From Oopsacas minuta (Eukaryota > Animalia > Porifera), in contig JAKMXF010000255.1 in assembly GCA_024704765.1 (NCBI GenBank), forward strand, positions 1 through 64,000: 64,000 nucleotides of DNA. Direction: 5' to 3'. Below, in pieces: positions 24,327 to 35,129 of this stretch. A model generated the notes under the pieces. It made no database searches. It saw only the letters and a list, made by a program, of their open reading frames with translations, and was not told where the DNA came from. Positions within the stretch are counted from its first letter, which is position 1. The number at the start of each line of letters is the position of its first letter. Position numbers and translations under genes: made by a program.

Positions 24327-25589
24327 ATGGCGACACGAGTAGCAGCTGTAGGAGAACTGATGTGTGTAGATGAGTTAGAGAGGAATCTAACAGATCTGAC
24401 TAACCACGTGCAGATAGAGAAAGAGAAAGTGAGTAATAACTTCCAGCAGTTACACAGTCTGTTAGTAGTGAGGGAGCACAGTCTGTTACAAGAGATGGAT
24501 GAGGTTGTTATGAGAGCGAGACAAGAGTTCAATGAGAAGAGAGGGCTCCTCCAGGAACTGTACACAGCCAGCGAAGACCTAGAGAGAGACCTGACAAGGA
24601 ACAAATTGAGGAAAGTACTCGAGAAGAATCTACGAACGATAGAAGATGAGATCAGAGAGGAGGTAGCAAGGAGTGTGAATGTGGGGTGGGTAGAGTTGGA
24701 CTGGAAGATGGAACAGCTGGAACAATCAGTGATTGATGTGTGTAAGGTTGTGGCACTGAAGGAGAGACCTATAATCCCAGTTGATTATTCTGTGAAAATG
24801 TGTCCTGTCTGGTCCCGAGAAGGAACAGGTTCTGGTGAGATTGCTTCTCCAATGCAAATAGCAATTGACAACAAAACACAGAATATATTTGTTGCTGATT
24901 CTAACGCTAACATAATACAAGTATTCGATGGAGAAGGTAACCATCTCTACAAAATACCAACACCTCAACGGCCTACTGGAATAGCTCTAATGAATGAATT
25001 CATTTTTGTATCTGCTGAAGACGAGCTAGTAAAGATAGAAAAGTCAAGCAATGATTCTATCAAATCGGTTAAAACAGAGAGAATAGTCTGGGGAATTGAT
25101 ATTGATAGAAACATGAATGTTTATGGATGTGAGGTTATGAACAAATCAGTAATTGTGTTTGATAAAAATCTCAAATTCCTGAAAAGAATCAAACTCAAAA
25201 CTACTCAAGTTAAATCCGATACAGAAACAAATAGCATAAAACTGTACGAGGATAACATGTATGTCATGTTTGGTAGCTATCCTCCTTTCCATCTACAAAT
25301 ATTCTCTCTAGAAGGAGAGCTAGTGAGGTGTTTGATAGAAGAAAGTGAGATAAGTTACAGTGATTTCTTCTCAATGGATCAACTGGGGAATATTATCGTA
25401 GCGGATTGGGATTGGGGAGGAAATCAAATCAAGATATTCTCCAATAAAGGAGAAGTCCTACACACTATCAGTAGTGATATGCTACCAGGAGATCAGAAGT
25501 TCTATTATCCCTATGGAGTAGCTATAGACAAGAAAAATAGAATTATTATAGCTCAATGTAACAAGAAATGTAATCTCCTAGCTTTCTGA
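24327..25589 (+). CDS. Coiled-coil plus NHL-repeat beta-propeller protein (TRIM-NHL-like, no RING or B-box), intronless
   Basis: An N-terminal heptad E/L/R-rich region is followed by NHL repeats (SPMQIAIDNKTQNIFVADSNANIIQVFD, PTGIAL, YYPYGVAIDKKNRIIIA). Confidence 0.85.
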   Translation: MATRVAAVGELMCVDELERNLTDLTNHVQIEKEKVSNNFQQLHSLLVVREHSLLQEMDEVVMRARQEFNEKRGLLQELYTASEDLERDLTRNKLRKVLEKNLRTIEDEIREEVARSVNVGWVELDWKMEQLEQSVIDVCKVVALKERPIIPVDYSVKMCPVWSREGTGSGEIASPMQIAIDNKTQNIFVADSNANIIQVFDGEGNHLYKIPTPQRPTGIALMNEFIFVSAEDELVKIEKSSNDSIKSVKTERIVWGIDIDRNMNVYGCEVMNKSVIVFDKNLKFLKRIKLKTTQVKSDTETNSIKLYEDNMYVMFGSYPPFHLQIFSLEGELVRCLIEESEISYSDFFSMDQLGNIIVADWDWGGNQIKIFSNKGEVLHTISSDMLPGDQKFYYPYGVAIDKKNRIIIAQCNKKCNLLAF

Positions 25590-25807
25590 ATATTCCAAGT
25601 ATTTCTATTGCGTCTTGTATTAGTGTCATAGCATACTTTACTGCAATTTGTTAATATTTATTAGTTATTTTGTCATTAGCTTTAACTAAATAAAATAATT
25701 AACGTAATTGAATGAGCCATAATTGTACTAATAATAACTTACAGCTAACAGCCTGAATCAGGTATAAGCTCTGTAACCTGATCACTTTGTTAGAACTCTA
25801 AATTATA

Positions 25808-28800
25808 ATGAATAAACCCAACAGTATCTGTCCTCGTATTTATCTCGCATATTTCTCGATATCTCTCTTCCTATTTCTATTTATAATAATCGACTTATCA
25901 GTCACAACAGGCCTATTCATTGTTCATTATATCCGTGAGGTAGATATCTACGGTAAGTCTCTATTCCAGAGGTATAGTATAGGATCTGCTTGTATAGATG
26001 TATGGCTAACTTCTCTATTGAAAATAGCTATCTTTGGGGCAATATTATTTTCGTTGTGTGCTAAAAAAGATGTTTCGTTTCATAGAGTTAAGAGTATTAA
26101 GGGAATTTTATACTGCTTCATTTTGATTCTGGATTTATGGCTTTTCGCTAAGTTATTGGCGAGTTTGGAATTCTATTCAGATGGTTCTATCATCACCAAC
26201 AACAGCCATGTTAATACTACAAATAATAACAACAACAAATCGACTATTCATCCTATATTATGGACATTATTGTGCTGGAATGTGATTACAGATATTGTGT
26301 ACTTCGGTCTGTTGTATTGTATAGTGCATCTTAAACCTAGTCAAATAGGCTTTCATAGGAGAAATAGGTTAAATAGGATAGTTAATATTAATGATAGTTC
26401 TTTGGGGGAAACTGAGGCTCTTCTGAGAGAGGAACCGGTTAGAGAAGAGCCGGAAACTGAAGATAAAAAGGATGAGAATGTTACTGGGAAGCTCAAGGGT
26501 TTGTTACGATAATATGTACAGTAGAGTTCGCCTATTAGCAAATAGTACTTGTAAGAATTTCCCTTGCTATTAGAGGAATTATTTCCAATACAAATGGATA
26601 CTAATTCCCTGAATAAACTTGCTAATAGACGGACACCACTGCAGTTACTCCTAGACTCCCTACTGTTATAGCTTCATATATTTAGGCACTATTCTATTGC
26701 TATCATTCTGCAGACCAGATATTCATTATTTACTGCTTGCATTCACTTTCTTATTAATTGGAGCGCTAAGCAACACATTCTCTCCATTCTATCTGGGACA
26801 GGTTATTAATCATATTGTAGTTACAGCTGACATAACTAGTTTCTACTATTCACTGATTATTCTTGTTATAATACAAGTTGTATCTAGCATATCTACAGGT
26901 TTGTTCCTAGTCTTTATGAATAATAAATACAGACGGTCAACTGTTATATCGAGGGACCGCGGTAATCACTTCGATATAACCGCTAAAATATATGTTACTT
27001 GAAGGTTTGGGACCATATTTGTACAGTTTCACACTTTGATATTAGCGGATTTAGTGGATAGTATTGCTTATAAGAAAACCCTTGAGAGTAGAAAATATGT
27101 TCTCATAACCAGTACAAAAGGACTGTTTTCCAGAGGATGATTCTTATAAGTGATACCCACTGTATTTAAATAAAATGTTCGTTATAAACATTTTTACTTC
27201 CAAATTTACAAATATAATTCCATTGTTATTTCACAGGTCTCCGTGGATTAACCTTCAGTTATGCGCTGGCTAGACTGAACATCAGAATACGTTCCAGATT
27301 ATTTCAGGCTATCGTGAAACAAGAAATAGGATATTTTGATGAGAACCTGACTGGCGATATTACGTCACGGCTAACATCTGATACACAGCAAATGTCAGAT
27401 CAAGTCACGCTTAACATTAATGTGTTTCTTAGGAATGTTATACAAATCATCGGGTCTATCGTATTTATGGGGATATTATCTTGGAAACTTACGATAGCAA
27501 CAATTGTAGCTATTCCTCTCACGGTATATGTTTACGAATCCTTCGGAGATCTTTTTAAAACGTAAGGATTATTAAGGATTTATAGTCTACCAAATTCCCC
27601 GTTTATGAAGGTTCATAAGGGGCTAGGAATTCGGTCTATTGATTTTTATTCCGTTCTCAGAAGTTCCCCGTTTCGAACGGGTCTTGTTTGTGGAGATTAC
27701 ACTGAATTTGAAAATACAAGTTTTAGATAATTCCGTGTGTCATATTCAAATATTCTTAATATCTATTGTAGAGTTGCAAAACAGATCCAAGACTCCCTCG
27801 CCTTAGCTAATAACGTAGCAGAAGAAGTTATTACAAGCATGCGGACAGTTCGGAGTTTCTCTAACGAAATTAACGAGAGTAATCATTATGATTTTAAGCT
27901 TAAGACAGTATTTAAATATCAAGTAAGGGAAGCAATCATATACGGGGCATTCAGTATAATTATAAACTGTATTGATAACTTTCTGGTGACGATAACGCTT
28001 CTCTACGGAGGATTCTTGGTTATTAACAAAGAACTCAGTGCTGGTAACTTGATCTCCTATATGTTCTACTGGATAGCATTAGGAGAGTGTCTGGATGCTA
28101 TTGGTGATGTTTACACTGGGATGATGCAGGCTGTAGGAGCTGCTGAGAAGGTTTTTAGGATTATTCACAGAGAGCCAAAGATTGATCATTATTCTGGGGA
28201 GTATGCTCCTGCTAAAATAGCAGGACATGTTGAATTCAGAGATGTAACCTTCTCTTATCCAACCAGGAAAGATATGAATGCATTAAATGATATTTCCTTT
28301 ACTATTCAGCCTGGTAAGACTGTAGCTCTTGTCGGACCGAGTGGAGGTTAGTTATGAACCAGGGGAGCTGGGTAACTAAGGTAGACCCCTGCAGTCGTTC
28401 GTGGGTCACAAAGTTGGGAACCCCTGGTCTAAAGGAATTTCTTTGACAATATTAACATTAATATCCTCTTGTAGGAGGGAAATCTACATGTATAAACTTG
28501 TTAGAAAGATTCTATGAGCCACAGAAAGGAGCTATCCTCTTGGACGGTAAACTTATTTCAGAATACACACACGATAATCTACACAGACAGCTGTCACTAG
28601 TCAGTCAAGAGCCTGTGCTATACGCCCGCTCTATTAGAGATAACATAGGTTATGGTGTAACTGGTGAAGTTAGTATAGAAGAGGTTAAGAGGGTATCTCA
28701 GTGGTCTAATGCTCACGAGTTTGTTGTTAAGCTCCCTCAGGGGTACAACACTGAGACAGGAGAGAAAGGTAAGTCAGCTCCTGTTATAAGGAAGCTCAAG

Positions 28801-29325
28801 GGACCGTGATAATTACTTAGATAAAACCGATGAAACATGTTACCATATTTGTAGAATTTCAGACTTCGATTTAAGCGGGTATTTCGATAGAACGGGAGTT
28901 GACTTTTATCTTAAACAGGTACTCAACTGTCAGGAGGCCAGAAACAACGAGTAGCTATAGCTAGAGCAATCCTTAGAGATCCCTCCATCCTACTACTGGA
29001 TGAAGCAACCTCTGCTCTAGACGCAGAGAGCGAATCCCTGGTCCAAGAGGCTCTTACAAAACAGATGGAGAACAGATCTGTACTAATAATAGCACATAGA
29101 TTGTCTACTGTAGAGAATGCTGACTCTATAATAGTCATAGATGAAGGTAGAGTTATAGAAGAGGGGTCACATACCGATCTCATGGAGCGTGGGGGCCTGT
29201 ACTCCAAACTAGTTTATAAACAGCTATTAGCAGGAGAGGATAAAAGGAAGAAGAAGGAAAATATAATTAGAGAAAGGAAAGATAGCGGGGAAGATGAATC
29301 AGCTGCTACTAATAGGAAGATGTAA
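25808..29325 (+). CDS. ABCB9: ABCB9/TAP-like half ABC transporter (TMD0, TMD, NBD), 6 exons
   Basis: Exons are about 25808-26491, 26688-26898, 27237-27561, 27772-28346, 28475-28768 and 28919-29325, and the junctions I checked are in phase. Motifs: [12 protein letters not shown], Walker A GPSGG|GKST, signature G|[16 protein letters not shown], Walker [20 protein letters not shown]. The ABCB9 versus TAP/ABCB10 assignment rests on the long hydrophobic N-terminus. Confidence 0.85.
26517..26643. mobile_element. MITE family E in ABCB9 intron 1
   Basis: Inverted termini TACAGTAGAGTTCGCCTATTAGCAA / TTGCTAATAGACGGACACCACTGCA. Confidence 0.75.
26928..27164. mobile_element. Adjacent MITEs of family A (about 26928-27050) and family C (about 27051-27164) in ABCB9 intron 2
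   Basis: Family-A core gagggaccgcggtaatcacttcgatataaccg. The family-C copy has termini agtggatagtattgcttataagaa / ttcttataagtgatacccactgta and a core shared with 61052-61133. Confidence 0.7.
27581..27705. mobile_element. MITE family D in ABCB9 intron 3
   Basis: Homologous to 7268-7410. Confidence 0.6.
28360..28426. mobile_element. Short hAT-like MITE in ABCB9 intron 4
   Basis: CAGGGG...GTTGGGAACCCCTG inverted termini, typical of hAT non-autonomous elements. Confidence 0.5.
28770..28908 (+). mobile_element. MITE family A filling ABCB9 intron 5 (28769-28918)
   Basis: taagtcagctcctgttataaggaagctcaagggaccgtgataattact...tttcgatagaacgggagttgact. Confidence 0.8.
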
Positions 29326-29547
29326 TAGTTTAGATTTTCGAGTTAGTTAATCTGTTGTAAATATTCAATTTGTAGTAATATGTATTAACAGATGGAAAGC
29401 GTAATTACAGCTCGTACAATTATGTAAGAGTATCAGGGCTACAAATCTGTATTTATATTTCATTTTTATTAACAAACAAATATTTATTTTAACTCAAATG
29501 AATTCATAAAATTACAATCTAATCGAATGTTTCGAGCAATTAGACAA

Positions 29548-30474
29548 TCAGTCTGTTTCTATTTTGTCCGGTTTGTCCGCTGGACAAGAAGTAGAGAGAG
29601 AATTCAAGAAATCCATTGCTTGACTATCTTTATTATTCGTGATATTCTCTATATCGTCAGTAGCTGAGCTAGGAGTAGGAATCATAGAGCGAGCATGGAA
29701 CAAGCCTGAAGGCTTACAATCTATATCTTCTTGTTGAACTAATTCTGAGCTATCCGTGACAGATTGAGGCTTAGGGAATTGAGAAGTGGACAGAAGAAGA
29801 GACCTGATAGATTTAATCTCAGATTTAAGTTCGTTTATGCTACTCTCCTGTTTAGTCCTCAATTCGTTAAGTTCCGTATTTATTATCTCAATTTCTCTTT
29901 GATCTGTATCTGCAACAGCTGCCAATTCTGTCATATTAATCAGCTGAATATCTTCCAGCCGTTGAACATCCTGCAAACTATCTAATGACAATCCTTCTGT
30001 CGGTTGCTCGCTACCAACTGTCTCATTTGGTTTTAATCCAAGTACTTCCTGTATCTTCACATATAATCTATAGAATATCTCCCGTAATCTGGGAAATAAT
30101 GTGATTATCAGCTCAATAACCCTATAGCCAATGTAGAGCAGTACTATTATAGATATAGCAGCACGAGTTAAAGTTAATATTACACGAATTGGCCCGTATA
30201 CCTTTGTCAAACTCTCTGGGATAAGAGAATATGATAATGCTATACATAGCTTATTATCCGATTTAGCTTTTGTGTTAGAAGCGATATTATTCACAGAACT
30301 TAGGGCAGAATTGATCTCTTGTTGAGTGAGTCCTTTCTTCTTCAGGAATTCTGTCTGGGATCTTATTGAAGTACCCTTAACCTCTGGGGTATTTAAAAAC
30401 CTGATAGCAGAGGAGAGGAGATGATTTCTAACCGGCGAGGTCATTTTATTGGGTAGAGATTTGTTGTCTGACAT
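29548..30474 (-). CDS. PEX14: Peroxisomal membrane protein PEX14, intronless
   Basis: Pex14_N motif RNHLLSSAIRFLNTPEVKGTSIRSQTEFLKKKGLTQQEINSAL, then a hydrophobic segment and a coiled coil (EIEIINTELNELR..INELKSEIKSIRSLLLS). First ATG (MSDNK) at 30474. Confidence 0.88.
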   Translation of the reverse strand: MSDNKSLPNKMTSPVRNHLLSSAIRFLNTPEVKGTSIRSQTEFLKKKGLTQQEINSALSSVNNIASNTKAKSDNKLCIALSYSLIPESLTKVYGPIRVILTLTRAAISIIVLLYIGYRVIELIITLFPRLREIFYRLYVKIQEVLGLKPNETVGSEQPTEGLSLDSLQDVQRLEDIQLINMTELAAVADTDQREIEIINTELNELRTKQESSINELKSEIKSIRSLLLSTSQFPKPQSVTDSSELVQQEDIDCKPSGLFHARSMIPTPSSATDDIENITNNKDSQAMDFLNSLSTSCPADKPDKIETD

Positions 30475-30651
30475 AATAGTCAATATTCTAACGAACAATA
30501 AACAAATAAAATACACAACAACACTCAAAAACTAATCCATTGCATTTTCTTTACATATCAAGTTAGAATTGAATCATTGAATATTCGAAAGTTCAATTTC
30601 TTTAAGAATGAACATTACAAACACGAATTTTTTTAAGGAAATCTGTAGTTA

Positions 30652-33627
30652 TTAAAAAGGGTTAGAATTCGGACAATTCTTCTTGTTGTGGCCAGCTTGT
30701 CGACATATAGAGCATAATCTGGGTCCTCCTCTACTAACCTTAGAGAAAGAATTGCCCCCTCGCCCCCTCTGCGGGGGACTAAAGCTATCTCTCCTCTCTT
30801 CATCTGCCCATTGGAAGAAGTTACACCCCTGTTCTCTAGGCTTTGGACAACTGTAGAACTGTTTACCGTGGTTGTTGCCCTGTTTCTGTACTGTTAGTAG
30901 CTTAGCTTGCTCACCACAGCGACAACACACAGACTGATTGTGTGAATTAGAATCTGGCCTATTCGGGTACAGACTCATAAACGGGTCTCCTGTAGGAGGT
31001 ACATAACTTGACATTTGTGTCGGGTCCTGTCTGGGAGGGCGAGTATCCATGGAAGGATCACTCCTAGGGTCCCATAAGAAATACTTACAGGAATTTGTCA
31101 TACAAGTGTAAAACTTTCTTCCAGTATTTGGACCCTCTTTTTTAACCGTTAGGAGGTTAGCTCGGGCCCCACAGTTACAAACAACAAAATTATCATCATC
31201 CCCACCTGAGGGAGGTTCTGTTACCCTAGGGTGCTTGGTATAGTGTGAAGTACCATCAGAGTAACGCTTTACAGGTGGTGGTGGGTTAGTTGGATCAAAT
31301 CCCAAATCTCTCCTGCCAGAGGCAATAGGATTATTATTATTACTATTATGGGGAGTGTCTTGTATTGTGAAGCTATTCTGTGGTACTACTGATTGATATG
31401 AATTATGAGAATGAGCTACTGTAGGTGGATGAGAAGACATATTACGTAGTTCGATACCAGCACGTTTGATGTCTTCGTTACAGAATAAGCAACCAATAAA
31501 TACATTAGGAATGTCTCCCTGTAGGAAGTAGGGTATCGTTCCTCTCTCAAATGTGAGTCTAGCTTTGTGGACAGGAGGGTGCGGACATCTGTTACAAAGC
31601 TGCTCAGACTCCGTCTTAGCATGAGTGACGCCAGAAGGAAAGAATACAATATATTTGCATTGAGGATACCCAACACAAGACAGAATCCATTTCTCTTCTC
31701 GCGTAGTTTTAAAGTACATGTCGAATTGTAAACAGCTACGACACTTAGCCAGGGGTAAGAGGTCGTCTCCACCTCCTCTCATGTCCCCTTGTTCAGGACC
31801 CATTGGCTCAGGGGTACCAAAATAGCTGGAAAGAGATTGGTCAATTTTGATAGCATTTGCAGTGGTTTCGATAAACACTTGCTTATATTTCTCTACCATT
31901 GATTTAATGACGTCATCCTTATTCTTCTGTCCCAAACAAATAGCCTTGAGGTCTGCCTCTAGTTCTGCGCGTAGATACGGCTTAGAGAGATTATAACCGA
32001 TCTCATCATACCCCTCTACTAGTCCCATACCCAGCATGCCAGGCAAGAAGGTACCATCTTGTTGCACACCTACATATCTACGCGACTTAATCGTTTCTAT
32101 GTGTTCAGCGTGTGTAGCGTCTGTCCCAATCCCATGTTTCTCCATCAGGGCTATAAGATCTGCTTCCTTTAAGAGGAGAGGAGGGGTTGTCTCACCCTCT
32201 ACTAGCTCAATTCGTTCCGTCGGGAGACTTTCCCCCTGTGTGAAGTTTGGAATATTCTTATCACTCCACTTATCGTATGGATAAACCTCAAGATAATTCC
32301 TCTGAGTTATTACTAGACCGGCTGCAGAAAACTCTTCCTGACTCACACATATGTCTACGCTAGTTTCCATGCCTTGAGCGTCCTTGGAGCAACAAGCGAG
32401 GAAATGCCGCACAATGAACTCATATACTTTTTTTTCGTCCCCTTGAAGGTTCGGTGCGTACTTTATCGGGTGGATAGGAGGATGAGCTTGGTCTGATTTA
32501 TTTCCCCGTCTCGGATTCGGCGTATCAGCTAGAATCTGTCTCGCCATGTCCCCCCATTGTCCGTCTTGTGTCTGCTCCTGAACCAACGGGACTAGATTCA
32601 TGCTGGCAGGGAATAAGTTAGTCTCTGTACGGGGGTAGCTAATAAGACCCTGAGTGTACAGTTTCTCTGCTATACTCATTGCTTGTTTAGCATTTATGTG
32701 AAGTTTCCTAGAAGCATGTTTCTCAAACTCTACCGTATCAAGTGGTAAGGGTCGCCATTTGCTCTTGGACTTAGAAGCAACTCGAGACACAACAGCTGTA
32801 GGATGTTCCTGACACATTTCTAGGAATATTTCCGTCACTGCTCGATTGAATAACCTTCCACGAGACCAACTAAAATCTACCGAAATATCGTTTTTCATCA
32901 CAACAGCTTTCAGCTTATAGAAGGTCTCGGGGACAAACTGTTGTACTTGTTTGTATCTATCTACTACAAAGCCTAGGGTGGGGAACTGACAGGGACCGTA
33001 GCTAACAAGCTGATCGGCTAGATCAGCTGGAAACACTTTTTGAAGTCTCAGAGTTAGGAATCTAGTGAATGCGGCTCCTATTCTCAAATCTAACTCTTGT
33101 CTGCAGTAAACCGCAGCAGCTAATTTCTCATCTAAACTTTCTAGTCTCTGAATAGCTGTTTTTATGGAACGAAATGTAATTTCAGAAAATCTAGCCCGAT
33201 ACACTCTGATTCTGTTATTAGCAGACAGACAAACATCTCTTATCTCAGCGCCGATGTTCTCTCCCTCTCTATCACAATCCGTCCAGAGCACCAGCACCTC
33301 GTTCTTTTTAGCTTCTCTCTCCAGCGTTTTCTTGATGGGCTGGTAGTTCTCTGGACAAAATGAAAGGATGGGAGCAGAAAATAATGCAACAGGGGGACAT
33401 TTTTCCCAGCCTTTGAAGGGTCCAGTGAAATCATATGTCATCAGGTGACCTGATACTGAGGTCATTGAAACACTAGCGTTATTGTTCAACATTTCACAGG
33501 AAAACTCATAAATTTTATTGAACTTAGAAAGTCCCTCTCTCCTACTGGATTGGTTGTTCGAGAGGAGGCGACTGATCTCTCGGGCTGCATCGTTCTTCTC
33601 TGCCACACACAACACCTTGAGAGTCAT
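30652..33627 (-). CDS. TOP3A: DNA topoisomerase 3-alpha, intronless
   Basis: TOPRIM motifs VLCVAEKNDAA and LWTDCDREGENIG, catalytic ISYPRTET, GIGTDATHAEHI, C4 zinc fingers, two GRF fingers (GPNTGRKFYTC; GNNHGKQFYSCPKPREQGCNFFQW) and a CCHC knuckle. Confidence 0.97.
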   Translation of the reverse strand: MTLKVLCVAEKNDAAREISRLLSNNQSSRREGLSKFNKIYEFSCEMLNNNASVSMTSVSGHLMTYDFTGPFKGWEKCPPVALFSAPILSFCPENYQPIKKTLEREAKKNEVLVLWTDCDREGENIGAEIRDVCLSANNRIRVYRARFSEITFRSIKTAIQRLESLDEKLAAAVYCRQELDLRIGAAFTRFLTLRLQKVFPADLADQLVSYGPCQFPTLGFVVDRYKQVQQFVPETFYKLKAVVMKNDISVDFSWSRGRLFNRAVTEIFLEMCQEHPTAVVSRVASKSKSKWRPLPLDTVEFEKHASRKLHINAKQAMSIAEKLYTQGLISYPRTETNLFPASMNLVPLVQEQTQDGQWGDMARQILADTPNPRRGNKSDQAHPPIHPIKYAPNLQGDEKKVYEFIVRHFLACCSKDAQGMETSVDICVSQEEFSAAGLVITQRNYLEVYPYDKWSDKNIPNFTQGESLPTERIELVEGETTPPLLLKEADLIALMEKHGIGTDATHAEHIETIKSRRYVGVQQDGTFLPGMLGMGLVEGYDEIGYNLSKPYLRAELEADLKAICLGQKNKDDVIKSMVEKYKQVFIETTANAIKIDQSLSSYFGTPEPMGPEQGDMRGGGDDLLPLAKCRSCLQFDMYFKTTREEKWILSCVGYPQCKYIVFFPSGVTHAKTESEQLCNRCPHPPVHKARLTFERGTIPYFLQGDIPNVFIGCLFCNEDIKRAGIELRNMSSHPPTVAHSHNSYQSVVPQNSFTIQDTPHNSNNNNPIASGRRDLGFDPTNPPPPVKRYSDGTSHYTKHPRVTEPPSGGDDDNFVVCNCGARANLLTVKKEGPNTGRKFYTCMTNSCKYFLWDPRSDPSMDTRPPRQDPTQMSSYVPPTGDPFMSLYPNRPDSNSHNQSVCCRCGEQAKLLTVQKQGNNHGKQFYSCPKPREQGCNFFQWADEERRDSFSPPQRGRGGNSFSKVSRGGPRLCSICRQAGHNKKNCPNSNPF

Positions 33628-34033
33628 TTAACTCCACAACAAATTAGCTATTCAATAACGTAGTATTTGCAGTTTTTGTTGCAAAGAACTTTGGATAAAA
33701 AATAGCACAGAAAGGTGATAAATCAGTAATAATAATTATAACAACTTGCCTAAGGATTAGATGGACAGTTGTTTGTAATATCCAAAATTCTTGAAACTGC
33801 TGGATATTTATATGAAATAGTAGTACAGTGGTGATGTAATCATTTACAAAACACCTGTCAAAGTAGAAACAGATTAAAATATAACTTATCTATCAGTAAT
33901 ACAGGAATTTAAGAGATGTTGCCCGACAAAGGAGAGGCCTAGTCTCTACTCACTCTAAGCTCTATTTTCTCCTCAGCTTTATGCCAAACTCATTATAATT
34001 AGACGTCATTAGAATCCCATAATAAGTACATCC

Positions 34034-34336
34034 TCAATGGAGTCTGCACCTGATTAAAGAAGTTCTAATGACGTCCGGATTGTATTTAAGCTTAGCGGTC
34101 ATCTCCTGTTTAAACTGCGGAGTACCGTAGAGCTTAATAGTGAAGTAGAGCCCGTGGTTTATCCTCTCCTTTATCTTAGTTGTCATTATGTAAGGTAGAG
34201 CAGTTCCAGACATCATCTTGAGGTCTGTGAGATGACAATCCAGTCGGTAAAAAGCTTTGCATAAATCTAGCAATACAGTTTTCGTCTTCTGTCTAGATTG
34301 TGCACGGAGAATCAAAACCAATTCATATAGAGGCAT
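34034..34336 (-). CDS. MRPS6: Mitochondrial ribosomal protein bS6m
   Basis: MPLYELVLILR...LPY...HGLYF...NPDVIRTSLIR fits the bS6 pattern. 100 aa from the ATG at 34336. Confidence 0.8.
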   Translation of the reverse strand: MPLYELVLILRAQSRQKTKTVLLDLCKAFYRLDCHLTDLKMMSGTALPYIMTTKIKERINHGLYFTIKLYGTPQFKQEMTAKLKYNPDVIRTSLIRCRLH

Positions 34337-34909
34337 CAGAGAAATACGTGACAAGTAATAATGACAAGAGCTAAATCGAAAGTGAAAATGGAATAAATAC
34401 ACATAAAAAAAAGGCTATTCGCGGTGGAGTGTTGTGCTACGAGGCGGTATTGTACAAGTTGATAACTTTGATTGCCTGAGACATAGAAAGCAGACACATC
34501 AGCCATTTTGCTGTTTTGAGTCGTTAGTGAAATATTTTAAAATGTGATTTAGAATATGAAACGTAAGGGCAAAGGTTAAACAGTTCATTGTAATTTGATG
34601 CTAAATCGTAACCTGAGTACCAAAATGGGGGAGGTTTATATCTGTTAGGCTGTTAGGGAGTATAAGAGTTCCTTAGTTTTAGAAAATACATTTATAATTT
34701 GTATTTATTTGACGTTTCCAGTGTGATTATTATCTTGACCGATATACAGGAAGTATTTTAGCTTACGTATATGTCTAGCAAGACTGAATATTAGACATTG
34801 AGTATAAAAATTTACAAGCAAGTCCCACGATACGCGGCGTAACATAGTTGTATCTTGCATTGACCAAGTTGGGTTTTAAAATGTATCTAGAATAATGGTA
34901 GTAAATAAA

Positions 34910-35087
34910 TACAGTCAACTCCCGCTATATCGAAGCTCAAGGGACCGCGATAATTACTTCAATAAAACCGATTAAATATGTGTGTTGTTTCGACGGTTTG
35001 GGACGATACGTGTTCGTACAATCCCAGACTTCGATACAAGCGGGTATTTCGGTATTTCCGTGTTCGATAAAACGGGAGATGACTGTA
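34910..35087 (+). mobile_element. Full-length MITE family A (TA target, Tc1/mariner-type termini)
   Basis: TA-CAGTCAACTCCCG...CGGGAGATGACTG-TA terminal inverted repeats flanked by TA, 178 bp, non-coding. At least 9 related copies occur in the window. Confidence 0.88.
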
Positions 35088-35129
35088 CACCAAATATTCT
35101 ATTACAATTATAAATTAGAGAAACATAAA

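Noticed and set aside
30652-33627. Horizontal transfer or bacterial contamination as the explanation for long intronless ORFs such as TOP3A and Hsp70
   Set aside because: The proteins carry eukaryote-type features (GRF fingers, PEX14, FCHSD, DHHC), share the AT-rich context, and are interleaved with spliced genes.
34980-35129. 50-aa N-terminal extension (MCCFDGLGRY...) of the 507-aa ORF in the track
   Set aside because: It starts at a non-ATG codon inside the family-A MITE. The real signal peptide begins at the ATG at 35130.
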